DNA of 64,000 nt from Convolutriloba macropyga (lineage: Eukaryota). Positions 1-11,531 of the stretch are shown here, piece after piece. The stretch spans positions 23,622,001 to 23,686,000 of the forward strand of contig NC_134469.1 in assembly GCF_964194025.1 (NCBI RefSeq). The letters run 5' to 3'. Below the pieces are notes generated by a model. The model saw only the letters and a program-made list of their open reading frames with translations. It was not told where the DNA came from and did not search any database. Every line of letters starts with the position of its first letter. The first letter of the stretch is position 1. A program made the position numbers and the translations under genes.

Positions 1-2057
1 TATTCGAGGTCCACGTCCCCAAAAGAACTAGACACCGACAAAGTCTACCTCCTTGGATATCAAGTTTCACTTCTTACAACATGAAGAGACTACAAACCCA
101 AAAACGACTCCTATCCGAAAAACCCACTAGTCATCGAAAACAAGAAGTTCTTAAACTTGAAAACTAATTGATAGAATCATCGGAACTGACAGGATTGAAT
201 ATCAGGAGAAAATCATGCGTGCAAGAAATACCGGTACAATCTTCAAACACTTGAAAAGCCTGAAAAAATCACCCAGCCTTCCAAAATTACTAATCAAAGA
301 AAATCAACAGAGCACAAAAATGCAAGAGCAAGTCAACATGATGAACGAGTTCTTTCACTCAGTGTTCTCACCCAAAATTCCTTTCAGTATACAAGATGTA
401 GAATTGAGAAATCCTGAAATTACAAACTTCGAAATCTCAAAGAAAGCAATCTACGAAATACTTCTTTCGCTAGATGCCACAGAGTCGCGAGGCCCAAATG
501 GCATACCGCCTGCATTTTTCCAACGTACAGCACGCAAAACAAGTAAGAATTTAAATGTACTTTTCAAGCAGATAAAACGACTGAGAAAAATCCCAAACTC
601 CTGGAAAATTGCAGCTGTGACACCAATCTACAAAAAAGATGACAGACGGAAAGTAGAAAATTACCGACCAGTCTCTCTTTTAGACATTGACAGTAAAGTT
701 TCTGAGAAATGCATTTGTTCAGCTTTATACGCTCACTTCGAAAAATTCCTAACAGAACACCAACATGGATTTGTTAGAAACGCTCAGTTAATACAAATAT
801 GCTATCCTTCTTGAAATCAATTCACGACGCACTCGATAACGAATCAAGCACCGAAATTGTAGCATTCTACACAGATTTCTCCAAAGCTTTCGACAAAGTG
901 CCGCATTTTGAGCTTGTACAAAAAGTTGCAAAAATTGGAGTGGGAGGTTGCCTATTAGAAATTATCATTGACTACTTAGACAATAGGAAACAATTCGTTC
1001 GGGTAGACAACACAAGATCGGAAACTTTAGATGTAACAAGTGGGGTACCCCAAGGTTCTCTTCTCGGACCACTCCTGTTTTGCATATTCATCAATGACCT
1101 ACCTGATGTGTTAGTTTTCTCTGACCCATTTATCTTCGCGGATGACCTAAAAATTCTTGCAGTGAAGAAAACGTTTTGGCAAGTTCAAAACGATCTCAAT
1201 GGTATTGAACAGTGGGTAAACGAAAATAAAATGAAATTAGTCATGGACAAATGTGCAAAACTGAGCATAAGAGGTCAAACACAAAATTACGAGCTTATGG
1301 GCACTAAACTAGAGTCATCCAAAGTCATCAAAGATCTCGGCATCTATGTTTCCCATGACCTGACGTGGAAGACACACATCGAAGAACGACTGAAAAAAGC
1401 GAACAAAGTACTCTACCTACTTCGACGAAACATAGCTCTTCAAGTAAGACAAGAGATCAAGCTCGGACTCTACAAGTCACTAATTTTAACAGTACTCTTA
1501 TATGGCTCTGCGTGCACAAATCCGAACCGAGGTGAGCTACAACAGCTTGAAAGATTTCAAATGAAAGTAGTCAAATGGATCCTTGGACAAAAAGTCATGC
1601 CATATCCAAATCAACTTCTTAACATACTACCACTACCAATGTTCATGCAACTAAATGACATTCTACTTTTATCGAAATTGACAGAAGACGATAGCTTTTT
1701 TACCAATGCTGAAACAAAATTCAGAAAAAGGGAGAACAAATGAATTATTCAAGCTCCCGAAAACCAGAACTGAAAAGGCTAGAAATGATTTCTTTTTCCG
1801 TACATGCAGACTAGCAAATCGAATAGAAAATTACATTTATAATAGAAAATTTAATACGAAAAAAGGCCTTAAAAATCGAGTTTTAAATTTCATGTGGAAG
1901 TTTGTAAACGAGCGATTCGACGAAAATAACATCTGTAGCTGGCATCTATGCTGTGACTGTCAGATCTGCAGAAATAATAGGACAATTTTCTAAGACGACG
2001 ACTGGGACGAAAATCCCCTCAGTGAAAACTGTAAATCCCCAACAACAACAACAACAA
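1..2057 (+). mobile_element. CR1/L2-group LINE, 3' portion (frameshifted ORF2 RT, 3' UTR, (CAA)6 tail), antisense within an intron of the FAM122-like gene
   Basis: ORFs 215-814, 799-1743 and 1706-1993 carry NYRPVSLL, QHGF, DFSKAFDKV, SGVPQGSLLGPLLF, FADD, KDLG and a C-terminal W-x3-CDCxxC; (CAA)6 at 2040-2057; 5' end is outside the window. Confidence 0.93.
215..1993 (+). pseudogene. LINE ORF2 reverse transcriptase, disrupted by two frameshifts (about 790 and 1720)
   Basis: RT motifs run in order across three overlapping ORFs. Confidence 0.9.
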
Positions 2058-2122
2058 AAGAAATACTCGATGACCAATTTGGCTTCAGTGACTTGTAACT
2101 AACAAAAAAGTATAGTTCTCAC

Positions 2123-2269
2123 CGAGAGACAGAGGTCTTCCCAGGATGACGCGAGGGATGAAGAGAGCGTGACATCTCTCTCGAACAGGGTGTCCCTTTC
2201 CAGTCCAGTTGCCTCTTCTATCTTGATCTGGTCTATCCTACTCGGGGGTCGGGGACTGGAAGCAGAACA
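2123..2269 (-). CDS. FAM122A: FAM122/PABIR-like protein, coding exon 4 (conserved helical region); gene continues beyond the window start
   Basis: Acceptor GTTTTAG|TGT, donor TCG|GTGAGA, 147 nt. Translates CSASSPRPPSRIDQIKIEEATGLERDTLFERDVTLSSSLASSWEDLCLS, matching recalled human FAM122A [42 protein letters not shown]. Not in the ORF track. Confidence 0.85.
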
Positions 2270-2659
2270 CTAAAACAACAAGTCATCTATAAATACCAAT
2301 TCAAAATTTAAAAAATACATCATTAAATGCTGCTTATCCAGCTAAAATTAGCAAATGAAAAACAACTCTTCATTTTTAAAGGACAACACTCAGGTGAAAT
2401 TAAAGCAGAAAAAAATCCACACGACGTTAAATTTTACGAAATTAAAACCTTACGAAATCAAGAAGGGAAATTATAATTGCATATCTAAAAAGGCGGATTC
2501 TAAAAAAATGAAGATTATTTCCACGTTTGCTTTTCTCATCTGAATCATGAAGATTAAGCGCCAAAATCAGTACGAGCTCTGAACATTTATTTCACCGACA
2601 CAGAGAAGACATTCCTTCAGCACAAACAGGAGTTTCAACCTATAATTAAGAGTTTATAC

Positions 2660-2897
2660 CCTGCTAGATGTACTGGGACACCGACTGCGTCTGACATCAC
2701 CCGCAGAGGAAGGCGACAGGGAGGCATGTTGGAAGACACCGCAGAAGGGACTTACTGCTCCTCCAGCGCCACCGCCAACCCCACCAGAAGGGTGAGACAC
2801 ACCTACTGCTACAGCACTTGAGGAACTAGCACAGGGCGAGGTCTGTCCCGTACTCAGGACACCGATGCCCACAACACTACCAGAACCACTCTCCATT
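2660..2897 (-). CDS. FAM122A: FAM122/PABIR-like protein, coding exon 3
   Basis: Acceptor TGTTCAG|A completes the Gly codon; reads MESGSG...SPFCGVFQ...RRSRCPSTSSR; donor AGG|GTATAA, phase 0. Confidence 0.78.
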
Positions 2898-3209
2898 CTG
2901 AACAGCAAGAACAGAAAATTAATTCTTTTAATCCATTCAGTTTCAAACAACAACGCTGTTTTTGTACTTCAAAATTTTGTTGTCAAAAACTCAGCTTCAT
3001 ATCATATTAGTAGATAAAATCAAGTTGAGTATTTAATGGGCAAATAATTGCGTGAACTTTGGGTGAATTATAAATTAATAGATATTGTCGTGTGCAGACG
3101 TTCTTGAAGACAAAACGGTATAAAAGCGCAAGTTGGAAACAAATTATCTGAAAAATTATCTTGAAATTGTTTCTAAAAAAACTATTATGGAGCGTATTTT
3201 TAACCCTAC

Positions 3210-3766
3210 CCAGTTGCAACATGTAAGCTGAGAGGAAGACTTGTCGACCGGCCGAGAGATCTAGTAGAATTCTCCCCAAGCTCGTCTTGTTGCTCACACA
3301 GCTTCGACACAACGGACGGTCCTTTCTTATTAGCGTCCAACCGCTCTTTAGCACCAGGATACGAGTTCAAATTAGCAAACTTAAAAGCACTGCTTGACTT
3401 GTTAGCACCAAGGACAAAATTTGGAAGCTGGCTTGGAACACTGAAACTGGGGTCACAAGCCCTCGACAATGCAGGGAAATTACTGGCTGCATCGCTTGTT
3501 GACTTTCGCCACCTGCGAAAACTCTCTGACGCAACATCGCTTGCAGGTTTTTCAGGAAGATCAAACACAAAAGCCCGTTTGATTTTTGCAGCAGGTACAG
3601 CTGCTGTAGAAGGTAAAGATGTCGAATTAAGCGAAGGTGTTCCCGGAAGTCGAGGTCTGAACAACTTGCCTTGAGTGGCTAAAGCATTGATCGCAAGCTC
3701 AGGTTCAGATTTGTAAGCATCGACACTGGCATCCGAGGAGTCGTCGTAATCGAACTCAGCTACATC
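3210..3766 (-). CDS. FAM122A: FAM122/PABIR-like protein, coding exon 2
   Basis: Acceptor TTTCAG|GAT at 3767/3766; open 557 nt (DVAEF...LGRSTSLPLSLHVAT); donor GG|GTAGGG, phase 2; RSTSLP resembles FAM122A RSNSAP. Confidence 0.78.
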
Positions 3767-4104
3767 CTGAAATCACCAGATTTCAGTGCAAATAAACGCA
3801 AAATTTAATGCGTTGAAGCTTATATCTGTTTGAAATTTTTAGCCCTAAATCTTCGTTTAATTGTCAAAACATGCACAACTTTAAAAATGAGGTGGAATCA
3901 TTTAAAATTTCAGTCAAAGCTGAGGTTGCTTAACTTGAACCATAAACATGCAATTTATGGATAGGTGATCAATTTCAACATTGTGCCATATTCAGTATTC
4001 ACTTTATGGCTATTGGCTAAAACAACCCCTCCCGATCACAGACAATTTTTCTCGTTATTATTTGTAGATAGAATCAAGTTATAACCAGAATAGAATCTTC
4101 CTAC

Positions 4105-4422
4105 CTTCTGAGAGACAACACCAGACGACGGGGTCTGTGAGTCAGGCGACAGAACCCTGGGTGACATGATGATGTGGCGAAAGTGGAAGCTCGAATCGGA
4201 ACAAGTGCTTTCATAGTCAGAAGTTGCACTGTCCTCAGCTGAACAGCTCTGAACTGTAGTGAGCAAGTGGTTAACAACAGGATAGCTCACTGACGAATGC
4301 GAAGTGAATGCTGGTGTGAAACTCGAAGAGTGTTGATTCTTCTCTGCATCTGCCAAGAAAGTGGACTTGTTGGGGTCTTCGATTCCATCGAGGCTACAGT
4401 CATCGCTGGCATTCGATGACAT
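4105..4422 (-). CDS. FAM122A: FAM122/PABIR-like protein, first coding exon (Ser-rich N-terminus MSSNASDDCS...SQK)
   Basis: ATG at 4422; donor CAGAAG|GTAG at 4105/4104; 318 nt, phase 0; upstream acceptor TTTTCAG at 4473. Confidence 0.7.
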
Positions 4423-4895
4423 GATTGCACACTGTCGAGACACCGACCGGTACTTTTAGACCCTTACATTATCTGAAAACACGTTTGATAAATTGGACAT
4501 CTGATAAACGGCTTGTGGCCTCTACATACCAATAAAAAAACCGTTCGTTATTGATTGTGATAATTAACCTTAGTGACTTCCAAATGAGGGCAAAGCGCAG
4601 GGCGAAAATTTCAAAAATTGATAGGTTAGTTTATGATGAGGAGTTCGAAATGGTACAGAAATTGTCCCATTAAATGATCAATTATTGTGATTTACGGCTG
4701 GTCTACTTTTTTAATAATCGGTGACATATTAAACATTGGCTGTGCTGGCTTAATCACTCCCCCGTGTTTCCACGTGTCATCTTGAGTACGAGTAGCAGGA
4801 CTTTGTCTAACTTTAAAATTGAATAATGTACAGTTAATTAAATTTAACAGTTATTTACAGCCGTTATCGATGCGAGACTTAAATATATAGAGAAT

Positions 4896-7390
4896 AACGA
4901 TGCTCGGTAATGTGCGATTGCACATAAGGTTCCGACCCCGCTCAGCCACAAGTTTGGCATAGTTGTCTACCAAATGAGGAGCAGATAGAAAACCCCAAAA
5001 ATTCAAATATTTTTAAAAAAGAAAATTGGTGTATGAACGAAAAGATGCCTCCAAAGCAAATAACTCAGTGGAGTAAAAAATGATGCATTAGATTGATGAG
5101 AAATGCCAATATTAAGAAAGCGAGTCAAGACAAACAGCAAAATCAAACAACAACAAACATTAATTACATCAAAAAAATTATGTCCGTTTTAAAAAACAAA
5201 ACTTAATAACAAAGTCAAAACAGCGTCCGATAAAACTGAACTAAACAAAATAATTTGTAATTCACCAGAAAAGATATGGGACCAGTCCATAATAAGGCTT
5301 GGTAACAATTAGACAATAAAGAACAAACGGTAAATTTAAAAAATTCGCTTATTTTTTTATTAAAACAATTAATTTCGAAGTAATGAAAACCATTGTGAAT
5401 CAACCGAAATATCCCTTAGGTTTAATATTACAGGTGTTTCTAAAGATGGGAATTAAGAACTGTCGGTATTCAATTTTTATGCGGTTACAAAAAGAACAAC
5501 AAATAGACAACAAAAAAATCAGTTAAATTTCGCCAGAAAACGCACTTGAAGCCGTAAAGCCATACTTTGGCCCTCAAAATATGTTCAATTGCACCTTCTT
5601 CGAACACCAATAATGTATTATTTAACCTCATTTATTAAACCAGGTAACAAGTAGACAAATAAAAAAAAGGCAAAATTAAGTAAAACTTTTTTTCGAAAAA
5701 AAATTAATTTCAACGACATGAAAGCCATAAGTTACCCAATGAAATAGTTAAACATAATCGTTTATTCTTCCAAAGGAAGCCCCTGAGTTCTGCAATTACC
5801 CAGAATATATCTTACGTCTACAAGAATAACGTAAAAAATGACAAAAATCAAAAATTAATTTACTTTTTAAAAAAAACCGTGTCGAAGCCAGTAAAGTCAT
5901 AACGAATTCTTTGAACTCAATAGATTTTGTGACAACAATCCCTTTGACACGTTCCCCTGACCACAATATTGCCGTATTAGGCCTGTAAATAACGAGACTA
6001 GGTAACAATCAGACAAAAGGAACATACTAGCGAAGTTAAAACGTGTTGTTTTTATTTTGGAAAACAATTGTTTTCAAAGTCTTGGGAGCCATCAAATGTC
6101 TACAAATATCAGAATATCGGCCAATCTATTCTTCCATGAAAAACCAATAAAATAGGGTCATTGTACAGGAAATTTCTTGCGACTAAAAAGACAAAGTAAA
6201 AACGCCAGTTAAAGACAAAACTAAAAAATTCATTTAAATTCTTCGAGAAAGTATTGTCGAAGCCGTTAAAACGAGAGTCTATATCCTTAAGGATTTTAAT
6301 ATTATTTATTGTGCCCTATTTTGAACGCCAATAATGTGATATATTAACTGTCAATAACAAGATAATGTGACAAAACTAAAAAACGTTAAAAATGGGCAAG
6401 TACCTGAAAATAAAAAAAATGGGAAATCTAGTAGTATCAAAGCCAGAAAACCATAATTTAAGGTGTAAAACCGCAATAAAGATTGAAATTGAATTCATTA
6501 GAAAGAGAAAGCTTTCTTTCATTGCTGACACTAAGCTACAAGTTAACCAAATTAAGAGAAAAATGGAGGCACTAGTGAGCTTTGATTTGAAATGTTCTGT
6601 TATTTAATTAATATATAAAAAAGATCGATTTTTTTAAATAAAAAAGACCGTTTGATTAAATCCGAATTATTTTTATAATTGTAACAGTCCAAGATTGGTC
6701 CAAAACTAGCTCTGCTAATGCTCTTCGTGCATTAAGAACACTTTATTTTTCGAATGCTATAGATATAGATATTTTGTTAGTTAAAAAAACAAAAATAAAT
6801 GCTGTTTTTGATAATCAACGAGTAAAGTACGCAAAAAACGGCAAAGTTTTAATTACAGAGCACTCGCAACGGAAGTTCAAGTATGAATAGCCCCCCCCCC
6901 CCCCTTGAGTCTACAGAGATTGTATCAGTGTAGTTTGGGGGTGTACTTCCGGCAAATTTAATCAAAGTGGACTAAAGAAGCTTATTATGTGCTGTTTTTG
7001 ATGAAAAGTCTGAAATTTGAAATATTTGGCCAGAAATTTTGACAAAAAATAAATAAAAATAGCCGACAATTTTTTTGCTTTAAAAATAAAATCAACAACA
7101 CTTTCCTTAAAAAATTTAACAAATTAGCGAAATTTTAGTCAAAAATTTACGAAAATGTGAATAAAGTCAACGGAATTCACTCTATTTTCTCAAAAGTTTA
7201 AACCTCGATAACTCCCTGTAAAACACGAAAATCAAAAATTCTTTTTAATTCCATATTCTACGCTGGACTGCTTTTTAAATGATACCAGTCTCAACTCTCT
7301 ACAATGAATATATCGATCGGCCAAAATTTTCTGAGCAAAAAATAACTATTTAAGTATATAGTCCCCCCTCAAGAGGGGTCGGAACAAAAA
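4896..7390 (+). mobile_element. Non-coding ~2.5 kb interspersed repeat, Helentron/DINE-like non-autonomous element
   Basis: Colinear diverged copy at ~59893-62500; subterminal inverted repeat GTTCCGACCCC (4929-4939) / GGGGTCGGAAC (7375-7385); 3' hairpin CCCCTCAAGAGGGG followed by an A-run; no ORF. Confidence 0.7.
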
Positions 7391-7863
7391 TATAAGTTAA
7401 TATAGTTTTATTTACAATTATGCAAAGGAACTACTACTACTTGCCTTTTAAGGCAAGTTTTGCCGCAGGTTCTGCTATTAACAGATTGCTCCCTTATAAA
7501 AAGAAGTCGAGGGTGTCACTGTCGCGAATCAGGCACTTGACTTTAGATTATTAATGTATGCGAGAGAATTAACGGAAAATTTATGGTTCCCATTCAATGG
7601 GAAGCCTGTGTTATGAAGACACCTGAATAAACAATCCTGGTTCAAATCAACGGATCAGATCACTTTCATCAACAGCAGATAAGAGTCCTGAATATATGAC
7701 GTTCAAAGTATTCAATTTATCTCTAAACTTCCAACGACTTTCAAACTTTATGAAAACCAGAGAGCAGAAACCTTCAGAGCTTTCATTTAAAAGTTGTAGT
7801 AATTCGAGGGTGCACTTATTTCCTGGATAGGCGAGCTTCAATGTAAAAATTTCTCGCAAGACA

Positions 7864-9321
7864 TCACCGTTCTATGAGAAGCCTCGAACGAAATTGACTG
7901 CCTCTGATATCCCATAAAGGGTAAACATCTACTTTCTCTTGCATGCTGAGAATCCACGAGTCTAGGGCACTATCTAATCTTCTGTTGATTAATTCCACAG
8001 TATGAATGCGCAGATATCTGATGGAAGGATGATTATAGAGTTCAACTTGGAAAGGAATGACCAAATCTCTGACTACGTCATCGCCAAATCTCGGTACAAT
8101 ATTAATGCTCAATACCTTTAATTGCAATTGACGCATGCAAAAGCGAATGAACGGTGCAACATAACGATCTAACTCACTTGTCATGAAGGTCGCAGTAAAT
8201 AGCTCAAGGTTCCACTTAAAACTAGATAAATCACTGTCCGATATATCAACACCATCTTCAAAAGCCAGCATGACTCGTACCTTTGCTAATTGTGTGGAAT
8301 TTCTGAAGCAACCTAAAATCGAGTACCTTGTGCACAGAACTTCGCAGCTCGGGGGTAGATCCCCGAAATCATAAGTATTCCAGATTTTGGCTGATTCATT
8401 CTTGGGGAGGAGATGCAGATAGTTCAAATTTGGGAAGCATTGTGAAATAACTTGAGGAAGATTATATACATTTCCCTGCTGGTTGTGAACTATAACAGTT
8501 CGAATAGATGACAACTGACAGCTTGGAGGTAAACTTGTCTGAGGAATGCTTTCTAGTTCCAGCCTTGACAATCGTGTTAAAGGAGACAAATCAGAGAGTG
8601 ATCGAACAAGTTCTGTACCAAAGGTCTTCAAGCTTGGGAATTTGTGATGCAGGGACCGGAAAGGAGCTTCAGTTGAATTTGTGAAGTATGATTTTGAAAA
8701 GCCAGCCTTGACAACATTTTGACAATAGTTTGAAGGAGCAATTTCGTTGAGACATTCAAAAGTTTCCAATTCTTTCATGTCAATGCATATCTCAACATTT
8801 GCCACAAAGCAATTATTATGAATAAGCCTATCAAAAATATGTTGCATTAACATCTCATCTATTGGTCGAAACCCACGAAGAGCAAAGTGTTCTACGCTGT
8901 CTTCACAGAGCCTCGCCAGGGTTTCAAAAAATGGTTCGAACTGTTTGGGCATGCCACGTGGATAAATGTCATCAACGGTGCCCGCAACAACATCCAATTC
9001 TATTTTCAGATAATTGCACTTCCAATTTGTCTCACAAGCAACCGCATTTAAAATGTCAACCGAAATTGGTTCTCTTTCTGTTTCACAATCACTCTGATAA
9101 TATACAGCTTGATAGCGCGGGCTGATATCCAGAAAAACTTCAAGCTTTAAACTAATATGTAAGTTCGACACCTCTTCTCGCAAGGCACGACATGTTGACC
9201 GAACACTAATCAGGTCGCGAAAGCTGTTATTTTCAATAAATCCGAATTTCGTAATAACTAAATACTCAAAAATGCATCGTCTAATTTCGCGAGGCAAAAA
9301 TTCGAACAATGATTTTGTCAT
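7864..9321 (-). CDS. F-box protein (N-terminal F-box, LRR/FBD-like C-terminal region), 485 aa, intronless CDS
   Basis: MTKSLFEFLPREIRRCIFEYL...DLISVRSTCRALREEV is an F-box pattern; repeats FPSLKTF, LSRLELE, FPNLNYLHL are LRR-like; ATG at 9321 follows a T-rich AG acceptor at 9330. Confidence 0.8.
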   Translation of the reverse strand: MTKSLFEFLPREIRRCIFEYLVITKFGFIENNSFRDLISVRSTCRALREEVSNLHISLKLEVFLDISPRYQAVYYQSDCETEREPISVDILNAVACETNWKCNYLKIELDVVAGTVDDIYPRGMPKQFEPFFETLARLCEDSVEHFALRGFRPIDEMLMQHIFDRLIHNNCFVANVEICIDMKELETFECLNEIAPSNYCQNVVKAGFSKSYFTNSTEAPFRSLHHKFPSLKTFGTELVRSLSDLSPLTRLSRLELESIPQTSLPPSCQLSSIRTVIVHNQQGNVYNLPQVISQCFPNLNYLHLLPKNESAKIWNTYDFGDLPPSCEVLCTRYSILGCFRNSTQLAKVRVMLAFEDGVDISDSDLSSFKWNLELFTATFMTSELDRYVAPFIRFCMRQLQLKVLSINIVPRFGDDVVRDLVIPFQVELYNHPSIRYLRIHTVELINRRLDSALDSWILSMQEKVDVYPLWDIRGSQFRSRLLIER

Positions 9322-9944
9322 TACTGATACTAAAAAAAACAACTGTATGAAGTCGTGAGGGGCTATAGGAAACGATCCAACATCTAAACGCCTTGTTAGA
9401 CATCTTAAAAAAAACAAGATAATTATTGTAGAACATCCCAAAACCTACAAATGGAAAAATTGCTCTTGAATGACCGGACCAGCAGGATTAAAATAATTGC
9501 TACAAACTTCATTTGAGTGCAATTAAAAACCACTCTAATGAAACTTTATATGTGACCCTTGCTAGTATCAACTGCCCAAACTAAAGCCCATAAATGAATC
9601 CATCTTATATTAATCTGAGTGAGAGCAATTTGTCATAAAATTTTTAAAAAGATTCAAAAAATGTTGAATGATCGGACAGAAAAAGTTATTAAAAAGATTG
9701 GATTGACAAACTGAACACAATTTTATTGAGATCAACCAGAAACGAGACATCACTTTGAAGCAAATGTAACGGGAAATTGGCTTGAAACGCCCCAGTTGAT
9801 AAAAAGAAAAACTTGCACTGCTTTTGCTTTTCTCCAAACTTTGCTTTAAAACTGTGGCTGAAATTGCATTTGAATCATTTTGCTTCAGGAGCATTAATTT
9901 AAAGAAAAATCACTAAGAGCACGAAAACAGGTAGATATAGTGAA

Positions 9945-10128
9945 TTGTTGTTGTTGTTGTTGTTGGGGATTTACAGTTTTCACTGAGGGGATTTTCGTCC
10001 CAGTCGTCGTCTTAGAAAATTGTCCTATTATTTCTGCAGATCTGACAGTCACAGCATAGATGCCAGCTACAGATGTTATTTTCGTCGAATCGCTCGTTTA
10101 TAAACTTCCACATGAAATTTAAAACTCG
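9945..10128 (-). mobile_element. 5'-truncated copy of the LINE at 1-2057 with a (CAA)7 tail
   Basis: Reverse complement of 1877-2057 with one substitution seen. Confidence 0.95.
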
Positions 10129-10254
10129 GGACAGTCGCAAAATTCTTTGTTCTAAAATATATTTCCAATAACTTTCCTCATTTCATCAATCGACTCATAA
10201 AATTATGGCCACGCCGATTACTCTAAACTCATCAAGCTTTGATATGCAGATAAT

Positions 10255-11113
10255 TTTCACCTAGTTAAACAAACCCAAAACAAACAGAAATCAGAAGAAA
10301 TTCTTGCAAACATGACCGAAGATCTCAAATATTCAGTACAACTAGCCAGTGAGAAAGGCGCGTCTACGTGGTTGAATGCACTGCCAATAGAACGACATGA
10401 CCTCTGGTTAACCAAAACCGAGTTCAGAGACGCCCTATGCATTCGATATGGCTGGCAATTCAAAAATATTCCCGAGAAGTGTGCGTGTGGCTCGAAGTTT
10501 CTTGTATCCCATGCCCTTCACTGCCCTAAGGGAGGATATCCAATAATCAGGCATAATGAAGTAAGAGACCTCTTCGCCGAGCTTATGCGAAAAACTTGTT
10601 ACGATATCGAAGTTGAACCTCACCTGCAGCCTCTCAGCAATGAGAGCCTAAAACCCGCGACCTGCAAGGACGAGGAAGCACGATTAGATATCTCAGCTAA
10701 AGGCCTATGGGGTTCTCGCTTTGAGAAATCATACTATGATGTTAAAGTCTTCAACCCGTTTGCTCCAAAAAACAGACGTATTGGAATCAAAGAGAGCTAC
10801 AAGTTCCACGAAACGACGAAGAAAACCAAATACCTGGACAGAATTGTTGAAGTTGAGCATAGCTCTTTTATCCCTCTGATCTTTTCGACCACAGGAGGAA
10901 GCGGCCCCGGCTCCACAATAGTTATAAAACGACTTGCATCAAGAATTGCTGAAAAGACGAAAGACACGCATCCTAACGTCATAAATTTCATCAAACATCC
11001 CTGAGCTTCGCCCTACTTAGAAGCACAATCCTTTGTATAAGAGGCCACAGAGGACAACGCTCTTACAAAGAGGAGTCTTCACCCTGTGCATTTAATGCCG
11101 AAGTCAACCCATA
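10255..11113 (+). mobile_element. CRE-clade non-LTR retrotransposon 3' fragment (CCHC zinc motif + restriction-like endonuclease)
   Basis: ORF 10312-11004: WLNALP, CACG...HALHC, RHNEVRD, EARLDI, DVKVFNP, KKTKY, FIPLIFSTTGG; frameshifted tail LSFALLRSTILCIRG from 11001. Confidence 0.88.
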
Positions 11114-11531
11114 AATCTGTACATATAAACCTAATTTGAAACCTAACGTGAACGTAAATGTATACTGCTTCATACCAAACTTTGACCTCCAGAAACTGAC
11201 TGGTAATTTATTCATTTCATTAGCAGACGTGGTGCTCATTTTTTCATTCTAATAGCACACAGTGCACTTTGAATTTTCGTCTTTACGATCGGTTGCTTTG
11301 ATTTTGCTCTTTCTGTTTGGCCCAACCCAACCCAACGGAACGCAAGACGACAGATGAGGAGCTAGATGAAGAGTACGCAGTATCACACTTTCTCAGCAAC
11401 AACGATAAGCCGACCTAGTTAATCTCTCAGTCTCTTTCCCAAGAGGCGAGGCTTTAGTTGCGCGCCACCCCCCCCCCCCCTCCCAAAGGCCCCCTGCCAG
11501 AACTGCGCTGCCAATCTACACTACGCGGGAG

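Noticed and set aside
9322-9441. N-terminal 40 aa of the 525-aa ORF call
   Set aside because: Non-ATG start and a T-rich acceptor-like sequence; the F-box begins right after the ATG at 9321
1877-10128. Near-identical repeat pair plus RT as a diversity-generating retroelement or retron
   Set aside because: The RT is a non-LTR LINE type; the repeats are LINE 3' ends with CAA tails and no adenine-specific variation
11195-11235. Inr-DPE internal promoter of the LINE (TCATT...AGACGTG)
   Set aside because: Spacing is ~12 nt rather than the canonical +28; not supportable
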